Assembly (NCBI GenBank): GCA_965365605.1
Contig: CBDUCI010000002.1
Location: 1 to 35,770 of the forward strand
Source: an uncultured bacterium
GTDB lineage: Bacteria > Gemmatimonadota > Gemmatimonadetes > JACCXV01 > JAHWKZ01
Length of the DNA stretch: 35,770 nucleotides
Reading direction: 5' to 3'
The notes beneath the pieces are model-generated. The model was not told the origin of the DNA and did not search any database. It saw only the letters and a list, made by a program, of their open reading frames with translations. Numbering within the stretch: position 1 is the stretch's first letter; each line of letters opens with the position of its first letter. Below are positions 15,856 to 26,692 of this stretch, piece after piece. A program made the position numbers and the translations under genes.

Positions 15856-16668
15856 ATGAACCGCAAGCGTAGAAAATGGATGGCGCTCGTGCTGGCGCTC
15901 GTTTCGGGCGGCACGGCGGGCTATCTCGCGATGAACTACTTACGTGAGCCAGTGCAAACGGCAGTCAGGAGTCAGCCCAGCGCCGCACAGGTGGCGGTTG
16001 CTGCGCACGACCTGCCGGTCGGATCGGTGCTGAGCTCCGCTGACATCAAGATGGTCGATTGGCCGAGCAACAACGTTCCGCCGGGCTACGCAAGAGACGC
16101 TCAGCAGATCGTGGGTCACGGTCTGATCCAAGCGGTCAGCATGAACGAGCCGCTGCTGTCTACCAAGATGGCTAGCAAGGAATCCGGTGGTGGTCTACCG
16201 ATCGTGATTCCGGAAGGGATGCGGGCGGTCAGCGTCAAGGTCGACGAAGTGATCGGTGTGGCCGGTTTTGTCCTGCCGAGCACGAGGGTCGACGTCTTGG
16301 TCACGCTGAACCCTACCTCCGAGCGCGAGGCAGCGACGACGCGAGTGATTCTTCAGAACGTCCAGACGCTCGCCGCGGGCCAGACAATTCAGCGCGACGA
16401 ACAGGGTACGCCACAGACGGTCACCGTCATCACGCTTCTCGTTACACCTGAGCAGTCGGAGAAGCTGACGTTGGCATCGACCGAGGGCCGGATCCATCTT
16501 GCGCTGCGCAACATGCTCGACATGGAAGAGGTTGAGACCGACGGGGTTCGGGCCGGCACACTGGTGCGCACGGCTCGTCCCGTGGTTCGCCGTTCCTCGG
16601 GCCCACGCCGCGCTGCTCACAGCATTGCAGTGTACAACGGAACCACGCGTACCGAAACCACCTTCTAG
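15856..16668 (+). CDS. cpaB: Flp pilus assembly protein CpaB/RcpC
   Basis: N-terminal anchor RRKWMALVLALVSGGTAGYLAMNYL, then a SAF-like block VAVAAHDLPVGSVLSSADIKMVDWP. GGGAGG SD upstream. Position between tadE and the secretin. Confidence 0.85.
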   Translation: MNRKRRKWMALVLALVSGGTAGYLAMNYLREPVQTAVRSQPSAAQVAVAAHDLPVGSVLSSADIKMVDWPSNNVPPGYARDAQQIVGHGLIQAVSMNEPLLSTKMASKESGGGLPIVIPEGMRAVSVKVDEVIGVAGFVLPSTRVDVLVTLNPTSEREAATTRVILQNVQTLAAGQTIQRDEQGTPQTVTVITLLVTPEQSEKLTLASTEGRIHLALRNMLDMEEVETDGVRAGTLVRTARPVVRRSSGPRRAAHSIAVYNGTTRTETTF

Positions 16669-16681
16669 GCGGAGGCCAATC

Positions 16682-18064
16682 ATGAGAGCCAAAACCCCCC
16701 AACTCATCAACCGCCGTTGGCACTTCTCGGCGCGCCTGCTCCCGCTCGTCGTCGGCATCGCTGTGTATGGCCTGACGCAGCCCGTCGCGGCAGCGGGACA
16801 GGCCGCCGGATCCCAAGAGGGTCGGACGGTCAACCTGGCCAAGGGTACCGCTCAGCTGGTTACCCACCCGGCCTCGATGCGTCGAGTGTCAGTGGCGAGC
16901 GCGGACGTCGCGGAAGCCGTCGTCGTGTCGCCAAACGAGCTGCTCATTCACGGGCGGGAGATCGGCACCACGAGCCTGGTGATCTGGGATTCCGAGGGCG
17001 GGCGTACGCTCTACCCGGTCGAGGTGACCCTCGATGCGGCCGCTCTGGAGACCCATTTCCGGGCCTTGTTCCCGAACGAGCAGATCGAAGTGCGGGCCAG
17101 TGGCAACACGTACATCCTGTCAGGAAACGTGACCAACTCGACGACTGCAGAGAGAGCGGTCGAGATCGCCGAGGCCACCGAGGCGATGGTGGTCAACAAT
17201 ATGTCGGTGCCCAGGCCGCACCAAATCCTGCTGCAGGTAAGGTTCGCCGAGGTGAGCCGGACCGCGATGCAGGAGCTGTCGGTAAACTTCTTGTTGCTCG
17301 ACCCGAACAACCCGCGGGGTGAAGATGAAGGTCTGATCTCGACGGGTCAGTTCAACCCGTTCAGCGAGAACTTCGTCAACTCGCGGCGCGGTCCAGAATC
17401 GGGGTTTTCCGACAAGATCAACCTGTTCTTGTTTCATGATAACGAGCGCTTCAGCGCGTTCATTCGCGCGCTGCAGAGCCGCGGTGACTTCAAGAGCCTA
17501 GCCGAGCCCAACCTGCTGGCGCTCGACGGCGTCGAGGCTTCCTTCCTGGCCGGGGGTGAGTTCCCGTTCCCTGTCTCACAGGGACAGTCCGACGCCATCA
17601 CGCTCATCTTCAAGGAGTTCGGGATTCGGCTGGTGTTCACACCCAAGGTGCAGAACAGCGGCAACATCAAGCTGAAGGTCGAGCCTGAGGTTTCGACGCT
17701 CGATTTCGCGAGCGGTTTGCAGGCGTTTGGCTTCCAGATCCCGACGATCCTGTCGCGGCGGGCGACGACCGAGGTCGAGCTCAAAGACGGGCAAACCTTC
17801 GCCATCGCCGGCCTGATCGACAACTCGATCGCCGAGAACCTGTCCAAGGTTCCGGTGTTGGGACATATCCCGATCTTGGGCAAGCTCTTCCAGTCGCAGG
17901 ACCTGCGGCAGAACCGGAGCGAGTTGCTCGTGTTGGTAACCCCGCGTCTGGTGCAGCCATCAGACGATCCACCGCCGATCCCAACCGGCGAGGTCGAGAG
18001 TTGGAAGTGGAAGAAGTCGCTGAAGAACGCCCCCGGTCAAACCGAAAGAGACGGAGGTGTCTAG
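16682..18064 (+). CDS. cpaC: Tad secretin CpaC/RcpA
   Basis: Signal peptide, then N-domain VSVASADVAEAVVVSPNELLIHGREIGTTSLVIWD. Secretin core LAEPNLLALDGVEASFLAGGEFPFP ... VPVLGHIPILGKLF ... ELLVLVTPRLV. The track ORF from 16499 overlaps cpaB, so ATG 16682 is preferred. Confidence 0.9.
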   Translation: MRAKTPQLINRRWHFSARLLPLVVGIAVYGLTQPVAAAGQAAGSQEGRTVNLAKGTAQLVTHPASMRRVSVASADVAEAVVVSPNELLIHGREIGTTSLVIWDSEGGRTLYPVEVTLDAAALETHFRALFPNEQIEVRASGNTYILSGNVTNSTTAERAVEIAEATEAMVVNNMSVPRPHQILLQVRFAEVSRTAMQELSVNFLLLDPNNPRGEDEGLISTGQFNPFSENFVNSRRGPESGFSDKINLFLFHDNERFSAFIRALQSRGDFKSLAEPNLLALDGVEASFLAGGEFPFPVSQGQSDAITLIFKEFGIRLVFTPKVQNSGNIKLKVEPEVSTLDFASGLQAFGFQIPTILSRRATTEVELKDGQTFAIAGLIDNSIAENLSKVPVLGHIPILGKLFQSQDLRQNRSELLVLVTPRLVQPSDDPPPIPTGEVESWKWKKSLKNAPGQTERDGGV

Positions 18065-18067
18065 CAC

Positions 18068-19219
18068 ATGATGCGCGCACTTTCGGGCCGAAAGACCAAC
18101 CCCCTGAGCAATGAACGCGGGACCTCCGTGATCCTGGTGGCGATCACCATGACCGCGCTCCTGTCGGTGGTCGCGCTAGCGGTCGACGTGGGCATGCTGC
18201 TCAACTCGAGGAGCGAAGCTCAGCGCGCCGCCGACTCGGCGGCACTAGCCGGTGCCGGCTCACTGATTGTCGCCCCAGACGACGAGCCCCGCGCGCGAAA
18301 CACCGCCATTCAGTTTGGGAGTCTGAACACGGTCCGAAAGACCGCGGTAACGGTCTTGCCCGAGGACGTTGACGTTGATCTTGCGCAAGGCCGCGTGACT
18401 GCGCGGGTGCGCCGGACAGGGGATCGCGGGAGCGCGGTGGCGACTTGGTTCGCCAACGTGTTTGGCGTCAGTGAGGTCGATATCGCCGCGACCGCTACGG
18501 CCCAGGTGCAACCAGCCGGCCGGGCGACATGTGTGAAGCCGTTTGCGATCCCGGATCAGTTTTTGGATATCGATGGCGACGGCGAGTTTGACAAGGGCGT
18601 CGACCAGTACGACCCGAACGTGCACGGCTACGGCGGCGATTGGCGCAACCCGGGTCATTCTGGTGACGACGGGCAAGGATACGTCAACGACTTCGGACGG
18701 CCAGTTGATCTCAAGCAGGGTGGTCCAACTTTTTTCCAGCCCGGCTGGTACTACCCGTGGAATGTGCCCAACGTCGATGATGCTCCCGACGTAGGTGCCG
18801 ACGAGTACCGGTGGAACATCAAAAACTGTAATCCTGCCATCATCTCGATCGGTGAACAGTACCAGATCGAGACCGGGGACATGGATGGCCCCACTCGGTT
18901 GGGTGTCACCGACCTCCTGGGTAAAGACTCGGGCGCATACTGGGACGACTTCACGAACTCCGTTGAAGGCAGCGCATGGGCTCCCAACTGGGAGGGTGGT
19001 CCGCGGGTCGGCATCATCCCGGTGTTCGATCCGTCACGCGATTTCAACCCCGGCAAGAAGCCGGTCGAGTTCACGAACTTTATCGCCGTCTTCTTCGAGG
19101 ATGTTGTGGGAGGCGGTTACAACCAGCAGGTCATTGCACGGATCATGTTTGCGTCGGGCATCGGTGGCGGCAGTGGCGGCACCGGTCCCGGACTCAAATT
19201 CGTGCAACTGGTCGAGTAA
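18068..19219 (+). CDS. tadG: TadG-like pilus assembly protein (no vWA domain)
   Basis: NERGTSVILVAITMTALLSVVALAVDVGMLLNSRSEAQRAADSAALAGA is a TadG-type N-terminus. It sits between the secretin and tadZ. Confidence 0.75.
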   Translation: MMRALSGRKTNPLSNERGTSVILVAITMTALLSVVALAVDVGMLLNSRSEAQRAADSAALAGAGSLIVAPDDEPRARNTAIQFGSLNTVRKTAVTVLPEDVDVDLAQGRVTARVRRTGDRGSAVATWFANVFGVSEVDIAATATAQVQPAGRATCVKPFAIPDQFLDIDGDGEFDKGVDQYDPNVHGYGGDWRNPGHSGDDGQGYVNDFGRPVDLKQGGPTFFQPGWYYPWNVPNVDDAPDVGADEYRWNIKNCNPAIISIGEQYQIETGDMDGPTRLGVTDLLGKDSGAYWDDFTNSVEGSAWAPNWEGGPRVGIIPVFDPSRDFNPGKKPVEFTNFIAVFFEDVVGGGYNQQVIARIMFASGIGGGSGGTGPGLKFVQLVE

Positions 19220-19235
19220 CCAAGCGAGGTACCCC

Positions 19236-20534
19236 GTGACCGATAACACCCCCATCAGCGGCGCCGTCATATCGACGGACCCCAAGTTCCGGGCCGTCCT
19301 TCACGGCAACGGCGATGGTGAAGCACAACCGGTCGAGGTGGCGTTTGAGATCATCGTCCCCTTCGCCGAAGTCAGCCACGGCCACCTCGAGGAGCTGAGA
19401 GTCGTCCAACCCTCGATCGTGTTCATCGATCTCGAGGACGACCCGATTCTCGGTTGCAAGCTGGCGCAGTTCCTGGTCGAGACGAACCCGGCGCTGCGGT
19501 TGGTCGCGGCCGGAACCGATGGATCACCGGAGTTCCTGATGACGGTGATGCAGGCCGGGATCAGTGAGTACCTACCCAAGCCGGTCACGGAGGACGCGCT
19601 GGTGGCGGCGATCGGCCGCGTGAGTCGAAAGCTCGGCGCCAAAGTGACCCAAAGCGCCGGCCCGGCTCGACGCGAGCCCGGTAAGTTGTTGGCTTTCTTT
19701 GGCACCAAGGGCGGGTCCGGTTCCACGACCGTTGCCACGAACCTGGCGATCCAGGTCCACCGCATGACCGGCAAGCGCACCGTGCTCGTCGACCTCGATC
19801 TCGAGCTCGGTGAGATCGCCCTTTATCTCGGTGTCGAGCCGCGGTTCAACTTCGTCGATCTGGCCAAGAACTTTCACCGCATGGATGCGGGGTTGCTGGC
19901 CTCGTTTATCGAGTGCCACGATTCCGGCGTACACCTGCTGTCCGCTCCGTATCATCCGGAGCGGGCGGAATCGGTGACCGCCGATCACGCCAAGCAGATT
20001 ATCCAGTTCTTGAAGCAACACTACGAGTACGTCTTCGTCGACGTGTCGAACTCATTCTCGGCGCGGACGTTGGCAGCTTTTGAAAAGGCCGACGAGGTGT
20101 ACTTGATCGCGACCGCCGACTTGCCGTCGTTGCGCAACATCCAGCGTTGCCAACATCTGATCGGTCGGTTGTCCAACATCGGTGAGCTGCGGTTGGTCGT
20201 CAACCGCTATCACCCCGACTGCGACATCACACTCGAGGATGTCGAGAAGTCGATCGGGATGGAGATCTATTGGGCCCTGCCGAACGATTATCAGTCGGTC
20301 ATCTACGCTATCAACACGGGTCAGCCGGTCATCCTCGATGACGCCAGCCCCTACACGCACGAGCTCGAGGCTTTGGCCGCCAAAATGACCGGCCTTCCTA
20401 GCGCCGGCTCGCATCGCAAGGGGTGGTTCTCCCGCAAGGTGGTGGATCCCTTGAAGAGTTTCCTTGGTTCGGAGGCCAATGAGGAAGAAGCCCTCATGCT
20501 GCCACCGGCCGTAGTCGGAGGTGAGCGCGCGTGA
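19236..20534 (+). CDS. cpaE: TadZ/CpaE: atypical receiver domain plus ParA/MinD-like ATPase
   Basis: Receiver-like N-domain (IVFIDLEDD...YLPKPV). Deviant Walker [22 protein letters not shown] 19236 is in frame with the track ORF 18795..20534, whose 5' part overlaps tadG and is rejected. Confidence 0.85.
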   Translation: MTDNTPISGAVISTDPKFRAVLHGNGDGEAQPVEVAFEIIVPFAEVSHGHLEELRVVQPSIVFIDLEDDPILGCKLAQFLVETNPALRLVAAGTDGSPEFLMTVMQAGISEYLPKPVTEDALVAAIGRVSRKLGAKVTQSAGPARREPGKLLAFFGTKGGSGSTTVATNLAIQVHRMTGKRTVLVDLDLELGEIALYLGVEPRFNFVDLAKNFHRMDAGLLASFIECHDSGVHLLSAPYHPERAESVTADHAKQIIQFLKQHYEYVFVDVSNSFSARTLAAFEKADEVYLIATADLPSLRNIQRCQHLIGRLSNIGELRLVVNRYHPDCDITLEDVEKSIGMEIYWALPNDYQSVIYAINTGQPVILDDASPYTHELEALAAKMTGLPSAGSHRKGWFSRKVVDPLKSFLGSEANEEEALMLPPAVVGGERA

Positions 20535-22030
20535 GCGATAACAAAGATCCGTACACGATCCCGCTGTTCTCGGAAGAGGGCGCGGTGAACAGGGAGAAAC
20601 TGCCTTGGGACAGCGCCGACGACGGTGGTGCCGAGGCAGGCGCTACAGCGACGGAACCCCTCGAACCGGTGAGGTTCGATCCGGACGAGTTCGATCCGGA
20701 GATGGCTTCGATATCGCCCGATGGCATACATCGGGGCGATGACACTACACACGAGATCAAGAGCCGGATTCACAAGCTGCTGCTCGAAAGGCTGAACCTC
20801 ACCAATCTGGATCAGTACGATCAGGATCAAGTAGTGGCCGAAATCCGGAAGGTCGTCCAGGGGTTGCTCGACCAGGAATCGGCACCGCTCAACTACGACG
20901 AGCGCGAGGCCTTGGTAGAGCAGGTCTTGCACGAGATTTTCGGTCTCGGACCGCTCGAGCCGTTGCTACAAGACCCGACGGTTTCCGATATCCTCGTCAA
21001 TACGTACGATGACGTTTTCATCGAGCGCGATGGAAAGCTCGAAAAGACGGACGTCCGGTTCAAGGACGATCGGCACTTGTTGCAGGTCATCGACCGGATC
21101 GTGTCTGCCGTGGGACGTCGAATCGACGATTCGAGTCCGATGGTTGATGCGCGACTTGCCGACGGATCGCGTGTAAACGCCGTCATTCCGCCGCTGGCGA
21201 TCGATGGGCCGCACGTTTCGATTCGTAAGTTTAAGAAGGATGCGTTGTCGGCAGAGGACCTGCTCCGGTACGACACGCTGACGCCTCAAATGCTGGAGCT
21301 CCTTCAGGGTATCGTCAAGGCGCGCCTCAACACGCTTATCTCGGGCGGTACCGGCTCGGGTAAGACGACGCTGCTCAACGTGCTGTCGGGCGCGATCCCG
21401 GTGACCGAGCGGATCGTGACGATCGAGGACTCGGCCGAGCTGCAGCTTCGTCAGCCGCACGTCGTGCGGTTGGAGACACGGCCACCCAACGTCGAGGGGT
21501 TGGGTGAGGTTCCGGCTCGTCAGCTGGTGATCAACGCGCTGCGTATGCGACCCGACCGCATCATCGTCGGTGAGGTTCGTGGCGCGGAGGCGGTCGACAT
21601 GCTGCAGGCGATGAACACCGGACACGATGGCTCGCTGACCACACTTCACGCGAACGCTCCGCGCGACGCGGTGAGCCGCCTAGAAACGATGATCGCGATG
21701 GCAAACCTGAATCTGCCCGACAAAGCGATGCGACAGCAGATCGCCAGCGCGATGGACGTGATCATCCAGGTCAACCGCATGGCGGACGGAACACGCCGAC
21801 TGATCTCGATCTCCGAGGTCGTCGGGATGGAAGGCGACGTGATCACCATGCAGGACATCTTTGTGTTCGAGCGTCAGGGAATCGATGAGAATGGCAAGGT
21901 CATCGGGCAGTTCAAGGCGACCGGGATTCGGCCGCGATTCGCCGAGCAGCTCAAGACCTGCGGCATCGACCTGCCGACCGCCATGTTCTCGAACCTCGAG
22001 TACGGCCTCTCGACCAACGAGGAAGCATGA
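20531..22030 (+). CDS. cpaF: Tad secretion ATPase CpaF/TadA
   Basis: Walker [14 protein letters not shown], Asp/His boxes ([12 protein letters not shown]; [12 protein letters not shown]; [12 protein letters not shown]). GTGA overlap with tadZ. Confidence 0.95.
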   Translation: MSDNKDPYTIPLFSEEGAVNREKLPWDSADDGGAEAGATATEPLEPVRFDPDEFDPEMASISPDGIHRGDDTTHEIKSRIHKLLLERLNLTNLDQYDQDQVVAEIRKVVQGLLDQESAPLNYDEREALVEQVLHEIFGLGPLEPLLQDPTVSDILVNTYDDVFIERDGKLEKTDVRFKDDRHLLQVIDRIVSAVGRRIDDSSPMVDARLADGSRVNAVIPPLAIDGPHVSIRKFKKDALSAEDLLRYDTLTPQMLELLQGIVKARLNTLISGGTGSGKTTLLNVLSGAIPVTERIVTIEDSAELQLRQPHVVRLETRPPNVEGLGEVPARQLVINALRMRPDRIIVGEVRGAEAVDMLQAMNTGHDGSLTTLHANAPRDAVSRLETMIAMANLNLPDKAMRQQIASAMDVIIQVNRMADGTRRLISISEVVGMEGDVITMQDIFVFERQGIDENGKVIGQFKATGIRPRFAEQLKTCGIDLPTAMFSNLEYGLSTNEEA

Positions 22031-23022
22031 TGGATCGACTTCCGCCGAACGTGATGCTGGCGATCCTCGTGTTCGCAGCGGTGGCGTGTGCGGTCATCGT
22101 CCTCGCTGTGTTGTGGGAGTGGTGGGGTGACCGGAGGCGTCAGCGTGACCTGGCCCGGCGGCTGGGAAGCGTCGAACCCAGCGGGGAGGGTCAAGGCGGC
22201 GATCCGTTCGGTGATCTCTTTAAGGAGGCGACGAACGCGGATGTCAAGTGGCTGCAACCGGTCGTAGCCCGTGTGCCTCATACGCGAGACCTGCAACATC
22301 TGCTCGACCAGGCCGACATGCCGTGGCAGGTTGGGACTTTCCTGCTGACCACGATCGGTGCGGCGATGGCCTTTGGTACGATGGCGCTGCTGATCACGAA
22401 CAACACGATGGTAGCGATCGCAGCAGCGACGCTCGCGTCAACGTTGCCATACGTCTACATACGGCGTCGCAAGACGAAGCGATTACGGGCTTTCGAAGAG
22501 TGCTTCCCCGAGTCGATCGACCTGCTGGGGCGCGCGATTCGAGCCGGTCACGCCTTCTCGACGGGGCTCCAGATGGTGGCCGATGAATCCCCAGAACCGA
22601 TCGCCGGAGAGTTTCGTCGAGTCTTCGAGGAGCAAAAGTTTGGTTTGAGCATAGACGATTCGCTGCTCGCGCTGGCCGATCGGATAGAGCTCGTCGATAT
22701 GCGGATCTTTGTTACCGCCGTTCTTATCCAACGCGAGGTCGGTGGTAATCTGGCTGAGATCCTCGACAAGATCTCGTATACGATTCGTGAGCGGTTCACG
22801 ATCGAGCGGCAGGTCCGTGTGTACACCGCCCAAGGCCGCTTCACCGGATACCTGTTGGGTATCCTGCCGATCGCTGTTGGTTTCCTGATCTTCCTGTTGA
22901 ACGGCGAGTACATGACTGTGCTGTGGGAGAGGGACATCGGCCGTATGCTGATCTCCATTGCCGGCGTGCTCCAAGTCATCGGTTTCTTCGTAATCCGGAA
23001 AATCATCAACATCGAAGTGTAG
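22027..23022 (+). CDS. tadB: TadB (T2SS-F family inner-membrane platform protein)
   Basis: T2SSF-type repeat ([28 protein letters not shown]...) with flanking TM segments. ATGA overlap with cpaF. Confidence 0.9.
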   Translation: MMDRLPPNVMLAILVFAAVACAVIVLAVLWEWWGDRRRQRDLARRLGSVEPSGEGQGGDPFGDLFKEATNADVKWLQPVVARVPHTRDLQHLLDQADMPWQVGTFLLTTIGAAMAFGTMALLITNNTMVAIAAATLASTLPYVYIRRRKTKRLRAFEECFPESIDLLGRAIRAGHAFSTGLQMVADESPEPIAGEFRRVFEEQKFGLSIDDSLLALADRIELVDMRIFVTAVLIQREVGGNLAEILDKISYTIRERFTIERQVRVYTAQGRFTGYLLGILPIAVGFLIFLLNGEYMTVLWERDIGRMLISIAGVLQVIGFFVIRKIINIEV

Positions 23023-23032
23023 GTAGAGAGCG

Positions 23033-23974
23033 ATGCTGTTATACCTCGTCGTCGGCCTAATCATGTTCTCCGTCATCGCGCTCGTGTGGGGCTTGGCTTC
23101 AATGGCCCCAGCACGGTCGCGCTCTATCTCGCGACGTCTGAGCGAGCTCCAGGCTGGAGGCGGCGATCGGTTCGCGATTCAACACGCCATGCAGCGTCGT
23201 CGTCGCCAGGAAAAGCGGGAGAAGATGCAGGGCATCCTCGAATCGTTTGGCGAGCGGGTCGCCCGCCGTGAGATCGATTGGGGGAAAACGCAAACGATGC
23301 TGATTCAGGCCGGCTACCGTGGTTCCGGGACGTTGCCGATCTACTTTGGTGTCCGGATCGTCGCCGCAATGACTCTCGCGGCCGGGGCCCTTTTCACAGG
23401 GACCGTCTCGGGCGCCGGACCGAGTACGATGATCGCCGTTGGTGTAGCCGGGCTCATCGGTTGGGTTATCCCGTCGATGACCGTGAAGCGGAAGATTCGT
23501 AAGCGGCAGAAGAGCATTCAGCTGGCGTTAGCCGATACGCTCGACCTACTGGTCGTCTGCGTGGAGGCCGGTCTCGGCTTGAACCAGGCGCTGCTCAGAG
23601 TGTCGGACGAGATCGAATACGTGAGTAAGATCATGAGCGAAGAGTTAATGGTGCTCAACTTCGAGATTCGGGCCGGTACACCGCGCGACGAGGCGATGCG
23701 GAATCTCGGTGAGCGGACTGGCGTCCCCGACCTCAAATCGTTGACCGCTATGCTCATCCAAACGGATCGCTTTGGGACCTCGATCGCCAAGGCGTTGCGC
23801 GTCCACTCGGACACGCTGCGCATCAAGCGTCGGCAACGGGCCGAGGAGGCCGCGGCCAAGACGACGATCAAGCTCGTCTTCCCACTCGTGTTGTTCATCT
23901 TCCCGGCGATGTTCGTGGTGATTCTCGGTCCGGCGATCATTCACATCACCGAACAGATGAAGGGACTGATGTGA
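23033..23974 (+). CDS. tadC: TadC (T2SS-F family inner-membrane platform protein)
   Basis: LADTLDLLVVCVEAGLGLNQALLRVSDE... T2SSF block, TM segments at both ends. Follows tadB. Confidence 0.9.
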   Translation: MLLYLVVGLIMFSVIALVWGLASMAPARSRSISRRLSELQAGGGDRFAIQHAMQRRRRQEKREKMQGILESFGERVARREIDWGKTQTMLIQAGYRGSGTLPIYFGVRIVAAMTLAAGALFTGTVSGAGPSTMIAVGVAGLIGWVIPSMTVKRKIRKRQKSIQLALADTLDLLVVCVEAGLGLNQALLRVSDEIEYVSKIMSEELMVLNFEIRAGTPRDEAMRNLGERTGVPDLKSLTAMLIQTDRFGTSIAKALRVHSDTLRIKRRQRAEEAAAKTTIKLVFPLVLFIFPAMFVVILGPAIIHITEQMKGLM

Positions 23975-24336
23975 AGATGTTGCGCGTCGTTAATGCGACC
24001 CGTGACCGCGAGTTGGGCAATCGCGTCTGGCTGGCGAACCGGTGGTGGCCGCGTCTTCGCGGACTATTGGGCCGGGGGCCATTGCAGCCGGGCTCGGGCA
24101 TGGTTCTGGAACCCTGCAAAGCGGTTCACATGTTCGGGATGAAGTACTCGCTCGACGTGGTGTTCGTGAACGCAGAGGGAGAAGTGGTCGCGATGTACCC
24201 CAAGCTGGACCCTGGTAAGCGGACGCCCTGGCATAAGCCGGCGCGAAAGGCGATCGAGCTGCCCGTCGGTACGCTGGCTGCGACCGGGACCGAGGTCGGT
24301 GACGTTCTGACTTGTCAATTTGCGGAGGCCGTCTGA
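23971..24336 (+). CDS. DUF192-family protein
   Basis: RLRGLLGRGPLQPGSGMVLEPCKAVHMFGMKYSLDVVFVNAEGEVVAM...AIELPVGTLAATGTEVGDVL fits the DUF192 (COG1430) pattern from memory. 4-nt overlap with the tadC stop. Confidence 0.7.
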   Translation: MKMLRVVNATRDRELGNRVWLANRWWPRLRGLLGRGPLQPGSGMVLEPCKAVHMFGMKYSLDVVFVNAEGEVVAMYPKLDPGKRTPWHKPARKAIELPVGTLAATGTEVGDVLTCQFAEAV

Positions 24337-25910
24337 TGAACGCTGGATTCGGAGTCAAAACCGCCGCTCCCAAGGCGGGATCACGCAAACCGCCGATTCC
24401 TGAGTCGATCGAAGAGACCGGCCTGCTCGACGAGGCGATCAGCGACCTGATAATCAAGACGCTCTACACCAAGGGCGCTCTCACCGGACAGGAGCTGAGT
24501 GAAGCCGTGTGCTTGCCGTTCCGGTTGCTCGACGATCTCTACCACGATCTGCAACATCGCCAGTTTCTTGAGGTTCGCGGAACCCAAGGCCACGGCCGTG
24601 GCGGCTACGTGTACGACCTCACCGGTCAGGGACGAGATCGGGCACGCGAGGCGATGATTTCGAATCAGTACGTTGGACCGGCTCCGGTACCGATCGACGT
24701 GTATCGAACCTGGGTCGAGGCTCAGACGATTCGCAAGGTGCATATCACCGTCGATCGGATCCAATCGGGTTTTGGTCACCTGGTACTGGACCCGGCATTT
24801 ATCGAACACCTCGGTCCAGCGATCAACTCGGCGAAATCGATGTTCCTCTACGGTGACTCCGGCAACGGCAAGACCAACATGGCGGAGTCGATCGCCCGGA
24901 TGTTGGGTGGTGACATGTACGTTCCCTACGCGGTGGACATCGAGGGGCAGATCATGATTACCCACGATCCGGTGTACCATCGGCCAAAAGCGGACGAAGC
25001 GGTGACCGTGTCCGTCGACGGTGAGGAGTCGACCCTACTAGAGTCGGCGCCCACGTACGATCGACGGTTCGCCCGCGTCGCGCGTCCGGTGGTGTTCACT
25101 GGTGGCGAGCTCACGCTGGAGCAACTCGATCTGCAGTACGATCCGACGGCCAAGGTGTACCAGGCACCGTTCCAGGTAAAGGCCAACGGTGGGGTGCTCA
25201 TTATCGATGACTTCGGCCGGCAGCAAGTACGACCGCGTGATCTGCTCAACCGATGGATCGTCCCGCTTGAGAAGCGGATCGATTTTATGACGTTGCACAC
25301 CGGCCACAAGTTCCCGGTGCCGTTCGATTGCCTGCTCATTTTCGCAACGAACCTGAATCCGTTGGATCTCGTGGATGAGGCTTTCCTGCGTCGGATTCAC
25401 TACAAGATTCATGTGCCGAGCCCGGACTACGAGCAGTTCGTTCAGATTTTCCGGCGGGTCTGCGTTTCGAGACAGATACCGTTTGTGGCGGGTCGCGTTG
25501 CGTACATTTACCGCCAGTACTACGAGCCGAACGGTATCTCACCTCGATCGTGTCACCCACGGGATATCGTCGATCACTTGTGCGATTCGGCCCGATATCT
25601 GGGGACCAAGCCGGAGTTGACGGTTGATCTGCTCGACCACGCATGCAAGTCGTACTTCCTCGACATGCCGGATGAAGATTACGTCGTCGATCCGTTAGAG
25701 TTTATGGGGGATCAGCGGGCCCACGCGGCCGCAGCTATGGCGATGACGGTGACCCATGGCGGTTCGGGACACGGGGAAGAAACGCCCCCGGCCGAGTCGG
25801 TCGAAGCCGGTGGTGTGGACGAGGTGCCAGCAACCGAGGGCGAGCCGGTGGTGGCAACCGAGGACGAGCGAGCACCCGGGCAGCCGCCCGGTAGCGCACC
25901 CGCGCCATGA
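24336..25910 (+). CDS. AAA+ ATPase of unassigned subfamily, with an N-terminal ~170-aa domain and an acidic/Pro-rich tail
   Basis: Walker A LYGDSGNGKTNMAE, Walker B GGVLIIDDFGRQ, sensor-1 LLIFATNLNP, DEAFLRRIHYKIHVPSPD. The ATG overlaps the DUF192 TGA (TGATG). Confidence 0.8.
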   Translation: MNAGFGVKTAAPKAGSRKPPIPESIEETGLLDEAISDLIIKTLYTKGALTGQELSEAVCLPFRLLDDLYHDLQHRQFLEVRGTQGHGRGGYVYDLTGQGRDRAREAMISNQYVGPAPVPIDVYRTWVEAQTIRKVHITVDRIQSGFGHLVLDPAFIEHLGPAINSAKSMFLYGDSGNGKTNMAESIARMLGGDMYVPYAVDIEGQIMITHDPVYHRPKADEAVTVSVDGEESTLLESAPTYDRRFARVARPVVFTGGELTLEQLDLQYDPTAKVYQAPFQVKANGGVLIIDDFGRQQVRPRDLLNRWIVPLEKRIDFMTLHTGHKFPVPFDCLLIFATNLNPLDLVDEAFLRRIHYKIHVPSPDYEQFVQIFRRVCVSRQIPFVAGRVAYIYRQYYEPNGISPRSCHPRDIVDHLCDSARYLGTKPELTVDLLDHACKSYFLDMPDEDYVVDPLEFMGDQRAHAAAAMAMTVTHGGSGHGEETPPAESVEAGGVDEVPATEGEPVVATEDERAPGQPPGSAPAP

Positions 25911-26635
25911 ACGACCGCAAACCCCGGATCTCGGATCGACGGGGCGAGTACGACGAGGTGACCTATCGCGAGGCGCTACGGTCGCTCGGTCTGTTCGCTC
26001 CGGTGATGCTCAATGACATCCATCGCGCCTATCGATCGCGCGCCAAGCAGATCCATCCCGATCGGTTTGCGGCTAACGGTGGTTACGATGAGGCCACCCA
26101 CCGCATCCAGAAGCTAAACGCTGCCCATGACTACGTGATCCACTTCTACGCGAAGTTCGAGAAGTCACAGGGCCGCATCGCTCGCCATCACATGCCACCG
26201 GGACAAGCCGGTTCAATGAACCCGTTGTTCGAGATGCTCTTGCTCCCGATCGCGGCCGTCTACTCGCTAACGACGGTATTGGCGGCGGTACCGGCAGCGC
26301 TGCTCGACCGCTTTAGCTTCGAGGACGACGAGGACGATCCGGTCAAAGAGAACGCAACCGATGTGAACGTGAGTGGTGGGGACGCCAAGGAGCAGCGAGA
26401 CATGACGCCGTCTCGCGAGGGGTGGCTCGTCGTCGGGCCGCACGTGATGGCGCTCGTCTTGTTCATGCTCGTGGAAGCATCAGGGATCGCTTCACCACTC
26501 TTCAAGTGGTGGGTAGGGCTTTCGCTTTTGATCATGTTATCGACCGACATCGCCAGCCGTGTCACGGGCGAGGAGAATCCTCTGCGGGATCACCGCGCGT
26601 TTGGCCGCGTGGACGCTTTCGTCCGCGGCCTCTAG
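25907..26635 (+). CDS. Membrane-anchored J-domain (DnaJ-like) protein
   Basis: J-domain YREALRSLGL...IHRAYRSRAKQIHPDRF...IQKLNAAHDYV with an HPD tripeptide. Three hydrophobic segments (LLLPIAAVYSLTTVLAAVPAALL; VVGPHVMALVLFMLV; WWVGLSLLIMLS). ATGA overlap with the AAA+ gene. Confidence 0.75.
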   Translation: MNDRKPRISDRRGEYDEVTYREALRSLGLFAPVMLNDIHRAYRSRAKQIHPDRFAANGGYDEATHRIQKLNAAHDYVIHFYAKFEKSQGRIARHHMPPGQAGSMNPLFEMLLLPIAAVYSLTTVLAAVPAALLDRFSFEDDEDDPVKENATDVNVSGGDAKEQRDMTPSREGWLVVGPHVMALVLFMLVEASGIASPLFKWWVGLSLLIMLSTDIASRVTGEENPLRDHRAFGRVDAFVRGL

Positions 26636-26692
26636 CCACTCCTCCAGCATCATCCGGTGGGCGGCGCCCGCCGGCGCCGATCCGGATACGCA

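Noticed and set aside
18795-19235. N-terminal extensions of track ORFs: tadZ from 18795, cpaC from 16499, flp2 from 14401, flp6 from 34086, tonB from 26657, mnmA to 1673, AAA+ from 24312.
   Set aside because: The extensions overlap the preceding well-supported genes or cross a terminator or AT-rich intergenic DNA. Internal starts with SD-like sequences and paralog-consistent N-termini are available.
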